Source: Polyangiaceae bacterium (GTDB lineage Bacteria > Myxococcota_A > Polyangia > Polyangiales > Polyangiaceae). Taken from it: a stretch of DNA of 64,000 nucleotides. The notes below the pieces were generated by a model. That model was not told the origin of the DNA. It searched no databases and saw nothing but the letters and a program-made list of their open reading frames with translations. The stretch covers positions 32,001 to 96,000 of the forward strand of contig JBNKBE010000012.1 in assembly GCA_050287085.1 (NCBI GenBank), in the 5' to 3' direction. The position numbers and the translations under genes are program-made. Positions 9,258-18,863 of the stretch are shown piece by piece (the stretch's first letter is position 1; the number at the start of each line of letters is the position of its first letter).

Positions 9258-10994
9258 CTAGGCGACCGCTCCCACGGCCCGCCGAAAGGACTGGGGCATC
9301 CCGGCCAGCTGCGCAGCGCCCACTGCCGGCACCGTGAGCTCGAAGCCTACGCCCTCGCGCCGCCCTGACAGCAAGCGCAGGTCTCCGCCTCGGGCCCGCA
9401 GCAAGGTACGCGCCGCGGCCAAACCTTCGCCACGCCCGGCGAGTTCACAGACGTCGTCGCGAGAGCTGATTCCAGCCTCAAATACGAGTTCCAAGCGATC
9501 TCGCTCGCTAGCACGCTCAGCCTGTTCCTCCGTCCAGATACCATTGGCGACGGCACGGCGCACCAACCTGATGTCATCGATACCGGAGCCGTCGTCCCGC
9601 ACGCACACGCTGCACATTTCCGGGGTCCGCTGGCCACTGACGGAGAGCCGCAGCTCGCGGCGCCCGCGGGCGCCGTGCGCGAGCGCGTTGTTCAACACAT
9701 GCACGAGCGCGGGCTCGATCATGTCCATTTCCTCGCGGGAAAAGAGGCCTTCGTTCGGGTCGTATTCGAAGGTGAGAGAGATGCCCATCCGCTGCGCCAC
9801 ACGCTCCAGGCGTTGTTGTTGCAAACGCAGACGCTGACTCAACGGCAGCCGCAGCAAGCTCGCAACCAGTTCGCTCAGATGCGGCTCACCCATTGCGCGC
9901 GCATGGCTCTGCAGAGCGCTGAATGCGTGCGCATGAACGATGCGATATGACAGTTCGTCCAAAGAGAGCGTCTTGCGCACATCCGCAACCTGCTCTTGGA
10001 ACAACAACGCCACTTGCTCCAGCCTCGGGGCGAAGTCGGCGGGTTCCTCGTCCAGTAGGGCATCCTCGAGCTCGTGAACGCTCCTGGCGACGGCGCAAAA
10101 GCCGAAGACGGACGTGGTGCCCTTGAGGGTGTGCAGCTCGCGCTTCAGCTCTGGCGCCGCTACCGGGAGCAAAGCGGCCTCAGCAAAGCGCTGGTCCGCC
10201 TCTAGCGCAAAAGAGGCAAAAGCCTCTGCGTCGCCAGCTGCGGCCGCGAGGCGCCCGACGCGCTCGGCCTCGAGCTGGGCACGGCGTTGTTCTGCGCTCT
10301 CGCGGGTCTTGTCCTCCACGATCACGAGAACGCCCTCCAGTGCCAAATCATCCCCTCGCACCGCCGCGTACCTGACGCGCAGGTCGCGCCCCTGGGCGAC
10401 CTCCGGGAGCGCCCGCGTCCCCAGCATATTCGCCGTTGGTTCAAAGGGGCTGTCAAATCCGGACTCGTCCCAGAGGAGCTCGAGAATGGACGCGGTGTCT
10501 TCCACCTGAGTACCCAAAAAGCGCAAGCAGAACGCGTCCAAATGGGTGCAGTCGCAGGCGCCTGGCAAGAGCGACTCGAGCGCGTCCGAGCGAGCTCCCA
10601 CCAACGCCCCCCCGGGCTCAAACAGTAGGATCCCTTCGGGAAGAGCCCGCAACAACGCCGCCCGATGGTCGTTCTCTCGAGCCAGCTCGGAGAGCGCGGC
10701 GCTCAGGGCGGCGGTGCGTTGTGCCACGAGCTCGGCCAAATTGTCAGAGAACAAGCGTACGCGGTCGTTCTGACGCCCACCGAGCGCTGCAAAAGCACCC
10801 AGGAAAATGGGCGCAGACGCGATAACCCAAAACAATGGGTCGCTTTGCACAATGAGCCAAGCCGCTTCGCTACCGAGCTCTGCCGTACGAATTGCGGCTG
10901 CAAGCAGCGGAAAAGCGACACCGAAGACCGCGCCATATACGGCCCATCGCAGAGTCGAGGTCACGGAGTCCTGGAACGGCCACGCCAAACACAT
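9258..10994 (-). CDS. Membrane-bound CheA-like histidine kinase (2 TM - PAS-like - Hpt - HATPase)
   Basis: Two N-terminal hydrophobic helices; LPEGILLF PAS start; RELHTLKG (Hpt His); HVLNNALAHG, DDGSGI, VFEAGISS, AGRGEGL. Confidence 0.85.
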   Translation of the reverse strand: MCLAWPFQDSVTSTLRWAVYGAVFGVAFPLLAAAIRTAELGSEAAWLIVQSDPLFWVIASAPIFLGAFAALGGRQNDRVRLFSDNLAELVAQRTAALSAALSELARENDHRAALLRALPEGILLFEPGGALVGARSDALESLLPGACDCTHLDAFCLRFLGTQVEDTASILELLWDESGFDSPFEPTANMLGTRALPEVAQGRDLRVRYAAVRGDDLALEGVLVIVEDKTRESAEQRRAQLEAERVGRLAAAAGDAEAFASFALEADQRFAEAALLPVAAPELKRELHTLKGTTSVFGFCAVARSVHELEDALLDEEPADFAPRLEQVALLFQEQVADVRKTLSLDELSYRIVHAHAFSALQSHARAMGEPHLSELVASLLRLPLSQRLRLQQQRLERVAQRMGISLTFEYDPNEGLFSREEMDMIEPALVHVLNNALAHGARGRRELRLSVSGQRTPEMCSVCVRDDGSGIDDIRLVRRAVANGIWTEEQAERASERDRLELVFEAGISSRDDVCELAGRGEGLAAARTLLRARGGDLRLLSGRREGVGFELTVPAVGAAQLAGMPQSFRRAVGAVA

Positions 10995-11220
10995 CGTGAA
11001 TGCGTTTATTCCGAGCGCCCCCTAATTGGCACACAGCTCGAGCGCCCTTCACAACGGAAGCTCAGAACGGTCCAGAGCGGCTCGCTAGCAAGCAGCCCCG
11101 GAGTGAGCTAGTATCTCTTCACATGACGCCGCTTCGTCGACAACACTCGATGTGCCTCATCCGGCTCAGCCGGAGCTTGCACGGCGCATTCGCGGCAGCT
11201 TGGAAAGCGCGGTATCCGCT

Positions 11221-11871
11221 ATGACCCTTCCTACTACAGACCCACCGGATCTCAGCGCCTACCTCGCCATTGATATCGTCGCGGAAATACTGGGTGCACT
11301 CGACCGCGACCTACCCCCGTCGCTGTATTACCACGGGCCATCCCACACCCGTGAGGTGTTGTCGGAAACCCTGCGCTTCGCCCTCGCCGACGGCGTTGCC
11401 CCGAGGGACCTAGAGCTGCTCGCCATTGCTGCGGCCTACCACGACGCGGGCTTCTTGGAGCGCTATGAGCGAAACGAAGCGGTTGGCGCTGCCATGGCCC
11501 GGGCCGCGATGCGCAAAACGCAGCGCTACGGCGAGGCGGAAATGCTCGAGGTCGAAAACATGATCTTGTCGACCGCTGTGGAAGACACGGAAGCAGGCCC
11601 ACGTCGCACGCAACGGACAGAACTCGCCGCCTACTTGATGGATGCGGACTGGGGCTCTTTTGGACGCGAAGATTTCTTCGAGAAAGTGGAACAGCTGATA
11701 GGCGAGACCGGCGCGGAACGACACGCCTTCATGCGCACAGCTGCGCTGTACGTGACAACCCAACGCTGGCTTACACCCGCGGCAGAGCGCCTGCGAGCGG
11801 CGGGCAAAGAAGCCAACCTGCAACAGCTCCAGACCCGTCTCGCGGCCGACCACTCTGCGCGCAGCGCGTGA
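11221..11871 (+). CDS. HD-domain metal-dependent phosphohydrolase
   Basis: YYHGPSHT...AAAYHDAG...DAD motif set. Confidence 0.85.
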   Translation: MTLPTTDPPDLSAYLAIDIVAEILGALDRDLPPSLYYHGPSHTREVLSETLRFALADGVAPRDLELLAIAAAYHDAGFLERYERNEAVGAAMARAAMRKTQRYGEAEMLEVENMILSTAVEDTEAGPRRTQRTELAAYLMDADWGSFGREDFFEKVEQLIGETGAERHAFMRTAALYVTTQRWLTPAAERLRAAGKEANLQQLQTRLAADHSARSA

Positions 11872-11991
11872 ATCCCACGAGGTCCCCCAGCTTCTCCCTT
11901 TTCGACTTGGGTCTGGCCAGCGCCTCCGCCTTTGAGGCGAGCGCCAGCTGCTAGCTCAGAAAGTGGGTCGCATTCTCGGCCAGAGCATGGC

Positions 11992-13263
11992 ATGCGGGAA
12001 GTGATGTTTGCTCGTCTGAGACTCCACCTTCCTGCTCGCCCTCTGGCCAGACCGTGGCTTCGCTCCTTGCCATCCCTCTCGCCGCAGCCCCTTGCACCCC
12101 GCTTGGCGCGTCCCCTGGCAGGTCTGCTCTTGCTGGCGGGAACGGCTTGCAATCAACACCAAGACACCGAGAAGCGCTCCGAAGCCCAAGCCACCGAAGC
12201 GGCGCCCGCGAGCGCAGCCCCCACGACCACAGCCGCACCCACGGCCGCGTCCTCCCAGGCCCCTGGCGAAGCGGCGCGGGCGACGGCGAAACGACGCCTG
12301 CCCCTGGCTGCGCTCGGAGGCATGCTCTACGCGCAGTACTGCAAGCTCTGCCATGGTCCGACGGGCGAAGGCTACGTGGCGGACAATGCGCCGTCCCTCG
12401 TCTCGCAATCCTTTCTCGAAAGCGCTAGCGACGAGTTCATCGCTAGTGGGATCCGCATGGGTCGTCCCAATACTGCAATGGCAGCCTACGGCCGCGATCG
12501 CGGGGGCCCTCTCTCTGACGTAGACATCAAAGCCATCGTGCAGTTCATCCGCTCCCGTGGCGCGGATGTGAAGACCTTGCCTACTCCGCAGCTGACCGGC
12601 GACGCCAAACGGGGCCAACAGGTTTACCTGGCACAGTGCGTAAAATGCCACGGCGACTCAACCCATCGCGGAACAGCACCCGCCCTGCACAACCCAGAGT
12701 TCTTGGCCGCCGCCTCCCCCGCCTTTCTGCAGCACGCCATCGTGAACGGCAGACCTCCGACGCCCATGCTTCCATTCGGCAAGACCCTGCGCCCGGAGCA
12801 GATAGCCGATATCCTGGCCTACCTAAAGAGCCTCGCACCGACGGCACCTACACAACCCATCAAGGCCGGCGTCCCCAAGGACTTGGCGATGGTGATCAAC
12901 CCCAAAGGGGCCGCCCCATCATTCACACTGCGAAGCGACCGCTTCGTGAGCGCCGACCAGGTCAAGACCGCCCTTGACAAGAAACAACGCCTCATACTGA
13001 TCGACGCGCGTTCGCCCGCAGACTGGATTCAGTTTCACATCCCTGGCTCCGTGCCCATCCCCTACTACGACGCGCAAGCCCTAGCCAAAATCCCAGACGA
13101 TGGCACCTGGGTGGTCGCTTATTGCGCTTGTCCCCACCACGCTTCAGGGGAGGTTGTCGACGCCCTACGCAAACGCGGCTACAAGCACACGGCCGTCCTG
13201 GACGAAGGGATCCTCGTGTGGAAAGACCGCGGCTACGCGCTTGCTGGAGAAGCCGTCAAGTAG
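11992..13263 (+). CDS. Lipoprotein: two cytochrome c domains plus C-terminal rhodanese domain
   Basis: LLAGTAC lipobox; CKLCH and CVKCH with downstream Met ligands (TAMAAY, TPMLPF); LIDARS..HIPGS..YCACPHHAS..LDEGILVW. Confidence 0.88.
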   Translation: MREVMFARLRLHLPARPLARPWLRSLPSLSPQPLAPRLARPLAGLLLLAGTACNQHQDTEKRSEAQATEAAPASAAPTTTAAPTAASSQAPGEAARATAKRRLPLAALGGMLYAQYCKLCHGPTGEGYVADNAPSLVSQSFLESASDEFIASGIRMGRPNTAMAAYGRDRGGPLSDVDIKAIVQFIRSRGADVKTLPTPQLTGDAKRGQQVYLAQCVKCHGDSTHRGTAPALHNPEFLAAASPAFLQHAIVNGRPPTPMLPFGKTLRPEQIADILAYLKSLAPTAPTQPIKAGVPKDLAMVINPKGAAPSFTLRSDRFVSADQVKTALDKKQRLILIDARSPADWIQFHIPGSVPIPYYDAQALAKIPDDGTWVVAYCACPHHASGEVVDALRKRGYKHTAVLDEGILVWKDRGYALAGEAVK

Positions 13264-13297
13264 GCGTCGCAGCAGCATCACCTGGCCCGTGGCAACT

Positions 13298-13345
13298 GCG
13301 ACTTGGAACAAAGCGACTTGGAACAAAGCGACTTGGAACAAGGCG
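13298..13345. repeat. 15-bp tandem repeat (GCGACTTGGAACAAA x3)
   Basis: Units at 13298, 13313 and 13328 (last ends AAG), between convergent stop codons. Confidence 0.95.
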
Positions 13346-13400
13346 TCGCGGGCCACGGGCGGTAGACATCACGCGGCTGGCAAACGCATAACGCGTGGCC

Positions 13401-14681
13401 TCACTGAGCGCAGTGAGTGCGGAACAATTCTCGAATGTGTTTCCCGCTCTCGGTGAGGTGCCCCTCGTCCCATGCGCCGGAGCCCGGGGCCCCCGGCTGC
13501 AGAACGGAAATGGTCTCACCTTCCTTGTCAGCGACGGCATAGTTCACCCAGCTGACCTGATGCTCATCCAAGAAGTCGAACCAGGCCTGCCACTCCGTGA
13601 AGTCATTGGGTCCCGTGCCCGCGGCTTCACTGCCACCGGATTCACTGACAAAAATGGGAAGTCCTCGACTCATGGCGTCGGCCGCTCGATCCCGCAGATA
13701 CTGCCCATGGGTAGCTGCGTAGAAGTGTAGTGAATACACCACGTTGCTGTCCGTGGTGATAGGGTCGTCGGCCGCCTGATCAACGCGCTGATCCCACTCG
13801 GGGCTACCCACGATCACAACGTTGTCGGGGTCGTGCTGACGGATGGCCGCGATGACGGCCTCCGCATACGCCTTGACCTCAGACCAGGACTGCATTTCGG
13901 GTTCGTTGAAAACCTCGTATAGGACGTTGGGCTTGTCGCCATAGGTCTGGGCCATTTCGGTGAAGAACTCGATCGCTTCGGCCTGATGGAGCTCATGCGA
14001 GTGCCAGTCGATGATGACGTAGATGCCTTCCTGAATCGCCGCGTCGACGACCGCGCGGATCCGGGCTTTGGATTCCGCAGGATTCGCCAAGTACGCGCCG
14101 TCGGGATCGATGCCCATCGCGGGACGCACGAGGTCGACGCACCAATCATTCCGCAACCAGGAAACCACATCCGCGTTGTAGTATTGGGGCCACCAATTGT
14201 CCCAGCCGAACCCTTGACCCCGCAGCATTGCGACCTTGTCGTGCTCGTCGAGCAGCTCGCTACCGGAAACGTGCAATTGTCCATGACGCGCCACCGGGGA
14301 CATCCCGGGTTCGAGGCCCGACTCCGGCGCCCCCCCTGAGCCGCCCGGGGCTCCCGCTGAGCCGCCCGGGGCTCCCGCTGCACCGCTCGGTGTCCCCGCT
14401 GCACCGCCCTCGTTGCCTTCCCCTGCTTGGCCCGCTGCCCCCACGTCCGCGCCCCCCGAATCGGGCTGAGCTCCGGCGCCGCCGGCCCCGTTGGCGACCC
14501 CGCCAGGCGCCGCGCCATCGTCAGGCTGCCCCGGCGACACCGCGCCCCCGACTCCCGACGTGCCGCCACCGTGGGTGCCCGCAGTGCTTTCCGCGTTCCG
14601 CGGAGCAACACCGCTTGAGCAGGCCACACAGGCCAATTGAAGGAGCCAAGCTCCTGCCCAAGTTCGTCGTGATCGATACAT
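13401..14681 (-). CDS. Glycoside hydrolase family 5 endoglucanase (GH5_2-like) lipoprotein
   Basis: ACVAC lipobox, Gly-rich linker, HGQLHVSG, YVIIDWH, YEVFNEP (acid/base), HFYA, IFVSESG (nucleophile). Confidence 0.92.
   Translation of the reverse strand: MYRSRRTWAGAWLLQLACVACSSGVAPRNAESTAGTHGGGTSGVGGAVSPGQPDDGAAPGGVANGAGGAGAQPDSGGADVGAAGQAGEGNEGGAAGTPSGAAGAPGGSAGAPGGSGGAPESGLEPGMSPVARHGQLHVSGSELLDEHDKVAMLRGQGFGWDNWWPQYYNADVVSWLRNDWCVDLVRPAMGIDPDGAYLANPAESKARIRAVVDAAIQEGIYVIIDWHSHELHQAEAIEFFTEMAQTYGDKPNVLYEVFNEPEMQSWSEVKAYAEAVIAAIRQHDPDNVVIVGSPEWDQRVDQAADDPITTDSNVVYSLHFYAATHGQYLRDRAADAMSRGLPIFVSESGGSEAAGTGPNDFTEWQAWFDFLDEHQVSWVNYAVADKEGETISVLQPGAPGSGAWDEGHLTESGKHIRELFRTHCAQ
14336..14410. repeat. 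21-bp coding tandem repeat in GH5 linker (GxAGAPG units)
   Basis: CTGAGCCGCCCGGGGCTCCCG x2 followed by degenerate copies. Confidence 0.85.
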
Positions 14682-14887
14682 GTGTTGTCGCTCCTCGCCG
14701 GCCCAAGAAAGTCCGCTCTTGAGGCCACCAAAAGGCCCCTTCCAACGGCGTTTGCATAGCAACGTCCATCCGCGAAGCAAAGAGTATAGCCCCAATCGAA
14801 ACCCGCGTCGGACCACAAGGGGTACCCGTGAGCATCGGAGCTCGCCAGATCTTAGCGCGCATCCTTGCCCCAGCGCTCGCTACCAGG

Positions 14888-17035
14888 CTAGGGCTCGCGG
14901 CGGCAGTAGCGAAGCAACGAGCCGTCTTCCGCGCCAGCAAGAATATCCCCGCTGGATGAGAATAGCGCGGCCGTGACGCCCGTTCCGAACGTCATGCTGG
15001 CGCCTGTGGGCAGATGCAAGAGCGTCTCGCCAGAGACCAACCAATGCCCTTCAGGGGAGTAGCGAACGGCAGGGCCCGCTAGAGCTGGCACTGAGCCCAA
15101 CAGCTGACCGTCGGCAACCGCATAGCGATACGAGGAGCAATCGCGAACAAGCTCTTCGCATCGGGTGACGATCAGTTCGCTGCCGTCGGGAGAGAAGACA
15201 ACCGCGTCTTCGGTGCTCCACGGAGCCTCGCGAGCCTCATAGCCCCAGAGCTCTTTCCGGGACTCCAGCACGATCAAAGAAGGGCTTGCGGTGGCCAGGT
15301 ACGCACCGTCCGGAGAGAACGCAACTCCCTGGTTGCAGCCGCGCATTGGAAAGGCGCGTTCAAGAGTGAAGCCTTGGGTCGATCTGAACTCGGGAGAGCC
15401 GTAACGGTTGCCCGCAACCCATTGTCCATCGGGAGAAAAGCTCCAGTCCGGAGACAAACAGTCAGTCGAAAAACCAGCAGGAGGACTTTCGGTCATCTCA
15501 TGCCCGTCATCTAGGAGCAGCAAAACGTTGTCTCCGCTAGCTACGCTGGCGCTACCGTCCGGGGCGATCGCCACGTTCCAGGGCGGGCCCGCACCCTCGC
15601 TCTGAACGATTGGTCGCGATGCCGCAAAGTCCGAGCCGACCTCCCACATGATAACCGTATCTGCGTCGGTACTCACCAACGTCGTTCCATCCTCACTCAG
15701 GTCAAGATCGAACACCCGTTCCGCGTGACTTCCGTACAGAGCCCCCAGCGCCTTGCGAGCAAGATCCCGCTCCTGCACAACGGAGTATCCACGGGTTAAC
15801 AGACGGCGCCCGTCCCTCGATACATCAGCGGGAGTGCCGACGGGGATATCGATCCAATCATCAACGACCCGTCCACCGTCGACCGCGTCGAAAACCCCTA
15901 CCCCTGTCAGGCCGACATATCCCCCTCGAAAGGCCCGCAGCACCATTGGGGCTGTCGGCTGCGCGAAAGAATCGCGCCAGCGCTCCACCCCAGTCTCACT
16001 GTCGAGCGCTAGCAACATCTGCTCAACGGAAGCCGCCCCGCCTGCGCTGAGCCCAGAAACATCACGCCCCAAAACGAAGAGGGAGCGCGCGTCGCTTCCA
16101 AAGGCAAGAGCTTGCACTTCCACGGTACTTGCCGCGCCCCACTCAAAGGTCGAGACGAGCTCGCCCGCTAGCGTATAGCTGTACAGAGCTTCACCCGCAG
16201 CCACACGCACCGGAGCCTGCCCCGTCGCAACCCCCACGGCGGACGGCGCCGTCCGCGGCGCTTCCGCCGTGACGTACGGGATCTCGAAGTCGGAGACTTC
16301 CTCTCCTGTTCGCCAATCCCAAATGCAGATTCGTCCCCCCTCGGATCCAAACAGCAACGCCCCATCCGCGGAGAACGACACCGCCCCCTGACAGGCCGTA
16401 GCCCCACGTTTGACACTTCCCACAACGCCGAGCTGACCACTGCTGGGCCCAATGGGTGACTCGTCCGCAGCCCGCAAGATCGTCAGCTCGGAATCTGTCC
16501 AGCGAAGCCAATATTGCCCGTCCCGAGACAACGCCATGCCCAAATTGCCGAGCGGCGTTTCAGAAATCGGTGGGCTCATGGGCTGCGCCTGGGCAGCTCC
16601 GCTCTCAAACCCCACAAGTCCCCCCTGCTTATCCAAAACCAAGACCGAATCGTCAGCCCCAAAGAACGTCTGCTGCACCACCGGCGACGCTGATATCCTT
16701 CCGCACTCCTCGAAGCGGTATTGCGCGGATATCTCCGGCGAGACCTGCGGCCCCAAACGGGGCCGAGGCGGACCTGCATCGTGGTCCGTGGCGGCAACTC
16801 CACCGTCGGCAGCCCCCCGAGCCGCGGGGGTGGTGTGCAGACCTGCATCGGAGTGGTTCGTGACGGCGACGCCACCGTCCGCAGCCCCCCTCGCCCTCGG
16901 GGTAGCATGCCCCTCTTCGTCGGCGGCTGACTGATCGCTGGCCAATCGCTTGCCGCCGCACGCAACCACCAGCGCAGCAATCAGCGCGATTCGCGGCGCA
17001 CCCGACAACCTCAAGACACAATCCCACTTCGTCAT
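14888..17035 (-). CDS. WD40/beta-propeller lipoprotein
   Basis: LVVAC lipobox; repeated FSPDG/LSRDG/IWD blades; GAEDGSL. Confidence 0.85.
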   Translation of the reverse strand: MTKWDCVLRLSGAPRIALIAALVVACGGKRLASDQSAADEEGHATPRARGAADGGVAVTNHSDAGLHTTPAARGAADGGVAATDHDAGPPRPRLGPQVSPEISAQYRFEECGRISASPVVQQTFFGADDSVLVLDKQGGLVGFESGAAQAQPMSPPISETPLGNLGMALSRDGQYWLRWTDSELTILRAADESPIGPSSGQLGVVGSVKRGATACQGAVSFSADGALLFGSEGGRICIWDWRTGEEVSDFEIPYVTAEAPRTAPSAVGVATGQAPVRVAAGEALYSYTLAGELVSTFEWGAASTVEVQALAFGSDARSLFVLGRDVSGLSAGGAASVEQMLLALDSETGVERWRDSFAQPTAPMVLRAFRGGYVGLTGVGVFDAVDGGRVVDDWIDIPVGTPADVSRDGRRLLTRGYSVVQERDLARKALGALYGSHAERVFDLDLSEDGTTLVSTDADTVIMWEVGSDFAASRPIVQSEGAGPPWNVAIAPDGSASVASGDNVLLLLDDGHEMTESPPAGFSTDCLSPDWSFSPDGQWVAGNRYGSPEFRSTQGFTLERAFPMRGCNQGVAFSPDGAYLATASPSLIVLESRKELWGYEAREAPWSTEDAVVFSPDGSELIVTRCEELVRDCSSYRYAVADGQLLGSVPALAGPAVRYSPEGHWLVSGETLLHLPTGASMTFGTGVTAALFSSSGDILAGAEDGSLLRYCRREP
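16771..16910. repeat. ~70-bp tandem duplication in WD40 lipoprotein linker
   Basis: Two copies encoding TPxARGAADGGVAxTxHxDAG. Confidence 0.85.
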
Positions 17036-17255
17036 TTCCCGGCCTCCGGACTTGAAATCATGCTCGCCATGGGGCGGTGCCACAAGGGCGTTCCGCGACT
17101 GATATCGCAACTTCGAGGTGAGCTTGGCGACAAGGCCCGAGTCGTCTTGTAGACCCGCAGTCAGGACGGAAAGCTCCGTGCACGTCGTTCACAGTCCCGA
17201 TGCCCCCGCAGCGCCTCCCCGCGGGTGGGCTCTGTCAGTGGTAGCCTGTCAGAGC

Positions 17256-18857
17256 ATGACGCCTGCGCTTCAACCCTCCGTCACACCCTTGATAGCCCTG
17301 CTAGCGCTGGGTTTCACCTTCGCGTGTGACTCCACGGGAAGGGCGGGCCCCCCCTCGGCGCCGACCAACACCGGAGCGGGTTCCAGCGCTGGCAGCTCCG
17401 AGCTTGGGGAGGGAGGCGCCGCTGTCCTAGACGCCATGCCGACTGCGTCGACTTCCGGCAGCACGTCGGCGCCGACTTCGCCGACGTCTGCACCGAGTGA
17501 GCCAGAGACGCCCCCCATCAGCCCAACAGCGGATTCAGGCATGCCCGAAACCGAGCCTCCTTCAGCGCCCGACGCAGGCGCCGGCGCCCCGGACGCGAAA
17601 CTCGACGACATCGTACTCGAGGTCGCTCCGGTCTGGGCGGGACATCCCGTACCCTTCGCGCTCGCAACCGCGGGAGGATGGCAGTTCGTCGCCTACTACA
17701 ATGCCGAACGACGTATGACGGTGGCCTCTCGGAAGCTTGGCGAACCGGCCTGGGAATACCAGACCCTGGACTCGACCGTGGGCTGGGATAGCCACAACTC
17801 GATCGCCATGGCGGTCGATGAGGCGGGACAGGTGCACGTCAGCGGCAATATGCACAACGTCCCGCTCGTGTACTTTCGAACAACGGAACCCTACCAGATC
17901 ACTTCCTTTGCAAAACTCGCCAACATGGTGGGTCAGAACGAATCGAGTGTGACCTACCCGGAGTTTTTCACCGGTCCTAAGGGCGCCTTGGTATTTGCCT
18001 ATCGCGATGGCGGAAGCGGCAACGGCAACCACGTTTTCAACACCTACGATACCGCTGCCAATCGCTGGACCCGAGTGCTCGATACACCGCTGACGGACGG
18101 TGAAGGCGTCCGCAACGCCTACCCCGTTGGGCCCATTCAGGGACCGGACGCGCACTGGCATCTGGTTTGGGTGTGGCGCGACACGCCCGACGCCGCAACC
18201 AACCACGACCTATCATACGCTCGAACCTCAGATCTCGTACAGTGGGAAGCTGGCGCCGGAACCTCCTTACCCCTGCCCGTCACGCTAAGCGCCAGTGACA
18301 TCGTGGATCCCGTTCCGGCGCAAGGCGGCATGATCAACAACAACACCAAGGTCGGATTTGATGCCCAAGGTCGACCTTGCATCGCCTACCATAAGTACGA
18401 TGCGCAAGGCAACACGCAGCTTTACAATGCACGACTTGAAGAAGGGCGCTGGGTCGTGCACCAAACATCACAATGGAACTACCGCTGGGATTTCGGCGGC
18501 AATGGTACCCTCGTCTTCGAAATCGAGGTCGAGGGGATCCAGGCGCAATCCGATGGAACCCTGACGCAAAGCTTCTATCACGCCCAATACGGTGGTTGGG
18601 GTGCGTTTCGTTTGGACCCCGAGTCGCTCAGCGCGCTCGAAACGATCGAAGCGCCGCTGCCCTATCCGTCAGAATTGGATACGCCCGAATCCGAACCCCC
18701 CGAAATGCGCGTTCGCTGGGCCGCGGATTGGGGTAGCGACGACCAGCATCGCTACATGCTGCGCTGGGAAACCCTAGACTCCAATCGCGACATGGCTCGC
18801 GACACTGCACCTCCCCCTAGCGCCCTGCGTCTGTACGGCTTCGCCATGAGCGAGTGA
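17256..18857 (+). CDS. BNR repeat-containing (BNR_4-like) beta-propeller lipoprotein, putative polysaccharide lyase/hydrolase
   Basis: FTFAC lipobox, Ser/Pro linker, WDSHN, HVSGNMH, TYPEF, YRDGGSGNG, WVWRDT..TNHDLSYA. Confidence 0.82.
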   Translation: MTPALQPSVTPLIALLALGFTFACDSTGRAGPPSAPTNTGAGSSAGSSELGEGGAAVLDAMPTASTSGSTSAPTSPTSAPSEPETPPISPTADSGMPETEPPSAPDAGAGAPDAKLDDIVLEVAPVWAGHPVPFALATAGGWQFVAYYNAERRMTVASRKLGEPAWEYQTLDSTVGWDSHNSIAMAVDEAGQVHVSGNMHNVPLVYFRTTEPYQITSFAKLANMVGQNESSVTYPEFFTGPKGALVFAYRDGGSGNGNHVFNTYDTAANRWTRVLDTPLTDGEGVRNAYPVGPIQGPDAHWHLVWVWRDTPDAATNHDLSYARTSDLVQWEAGAGTSLPLPVTLSASDIVDPVPAQGGMINNNTKVGFDAQGRPCIAYHKYDAQGNTQLYNARLEEGRWVVHQTSQWNYRWDFGGNGTLVFEIEVEGIQAQSDGTLTQSFYHAQYGGWGAFRLDPESLSALETIEAPLPYPSELDTPESEPPEMRVRWAADWGSDDQHRYMLRWETLDSNRDMARDTAPPPSALRLYGFAMSE

Positions 18858-18863
18858 AGGTAC

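Noticed and set aside
13298..13345. Possible CRISPR array (also considered 22990-23043 and 62770-62901)
   Set aside because: Units are directly adjacent with no unique spacers, are too short, and no cas genes are in the window
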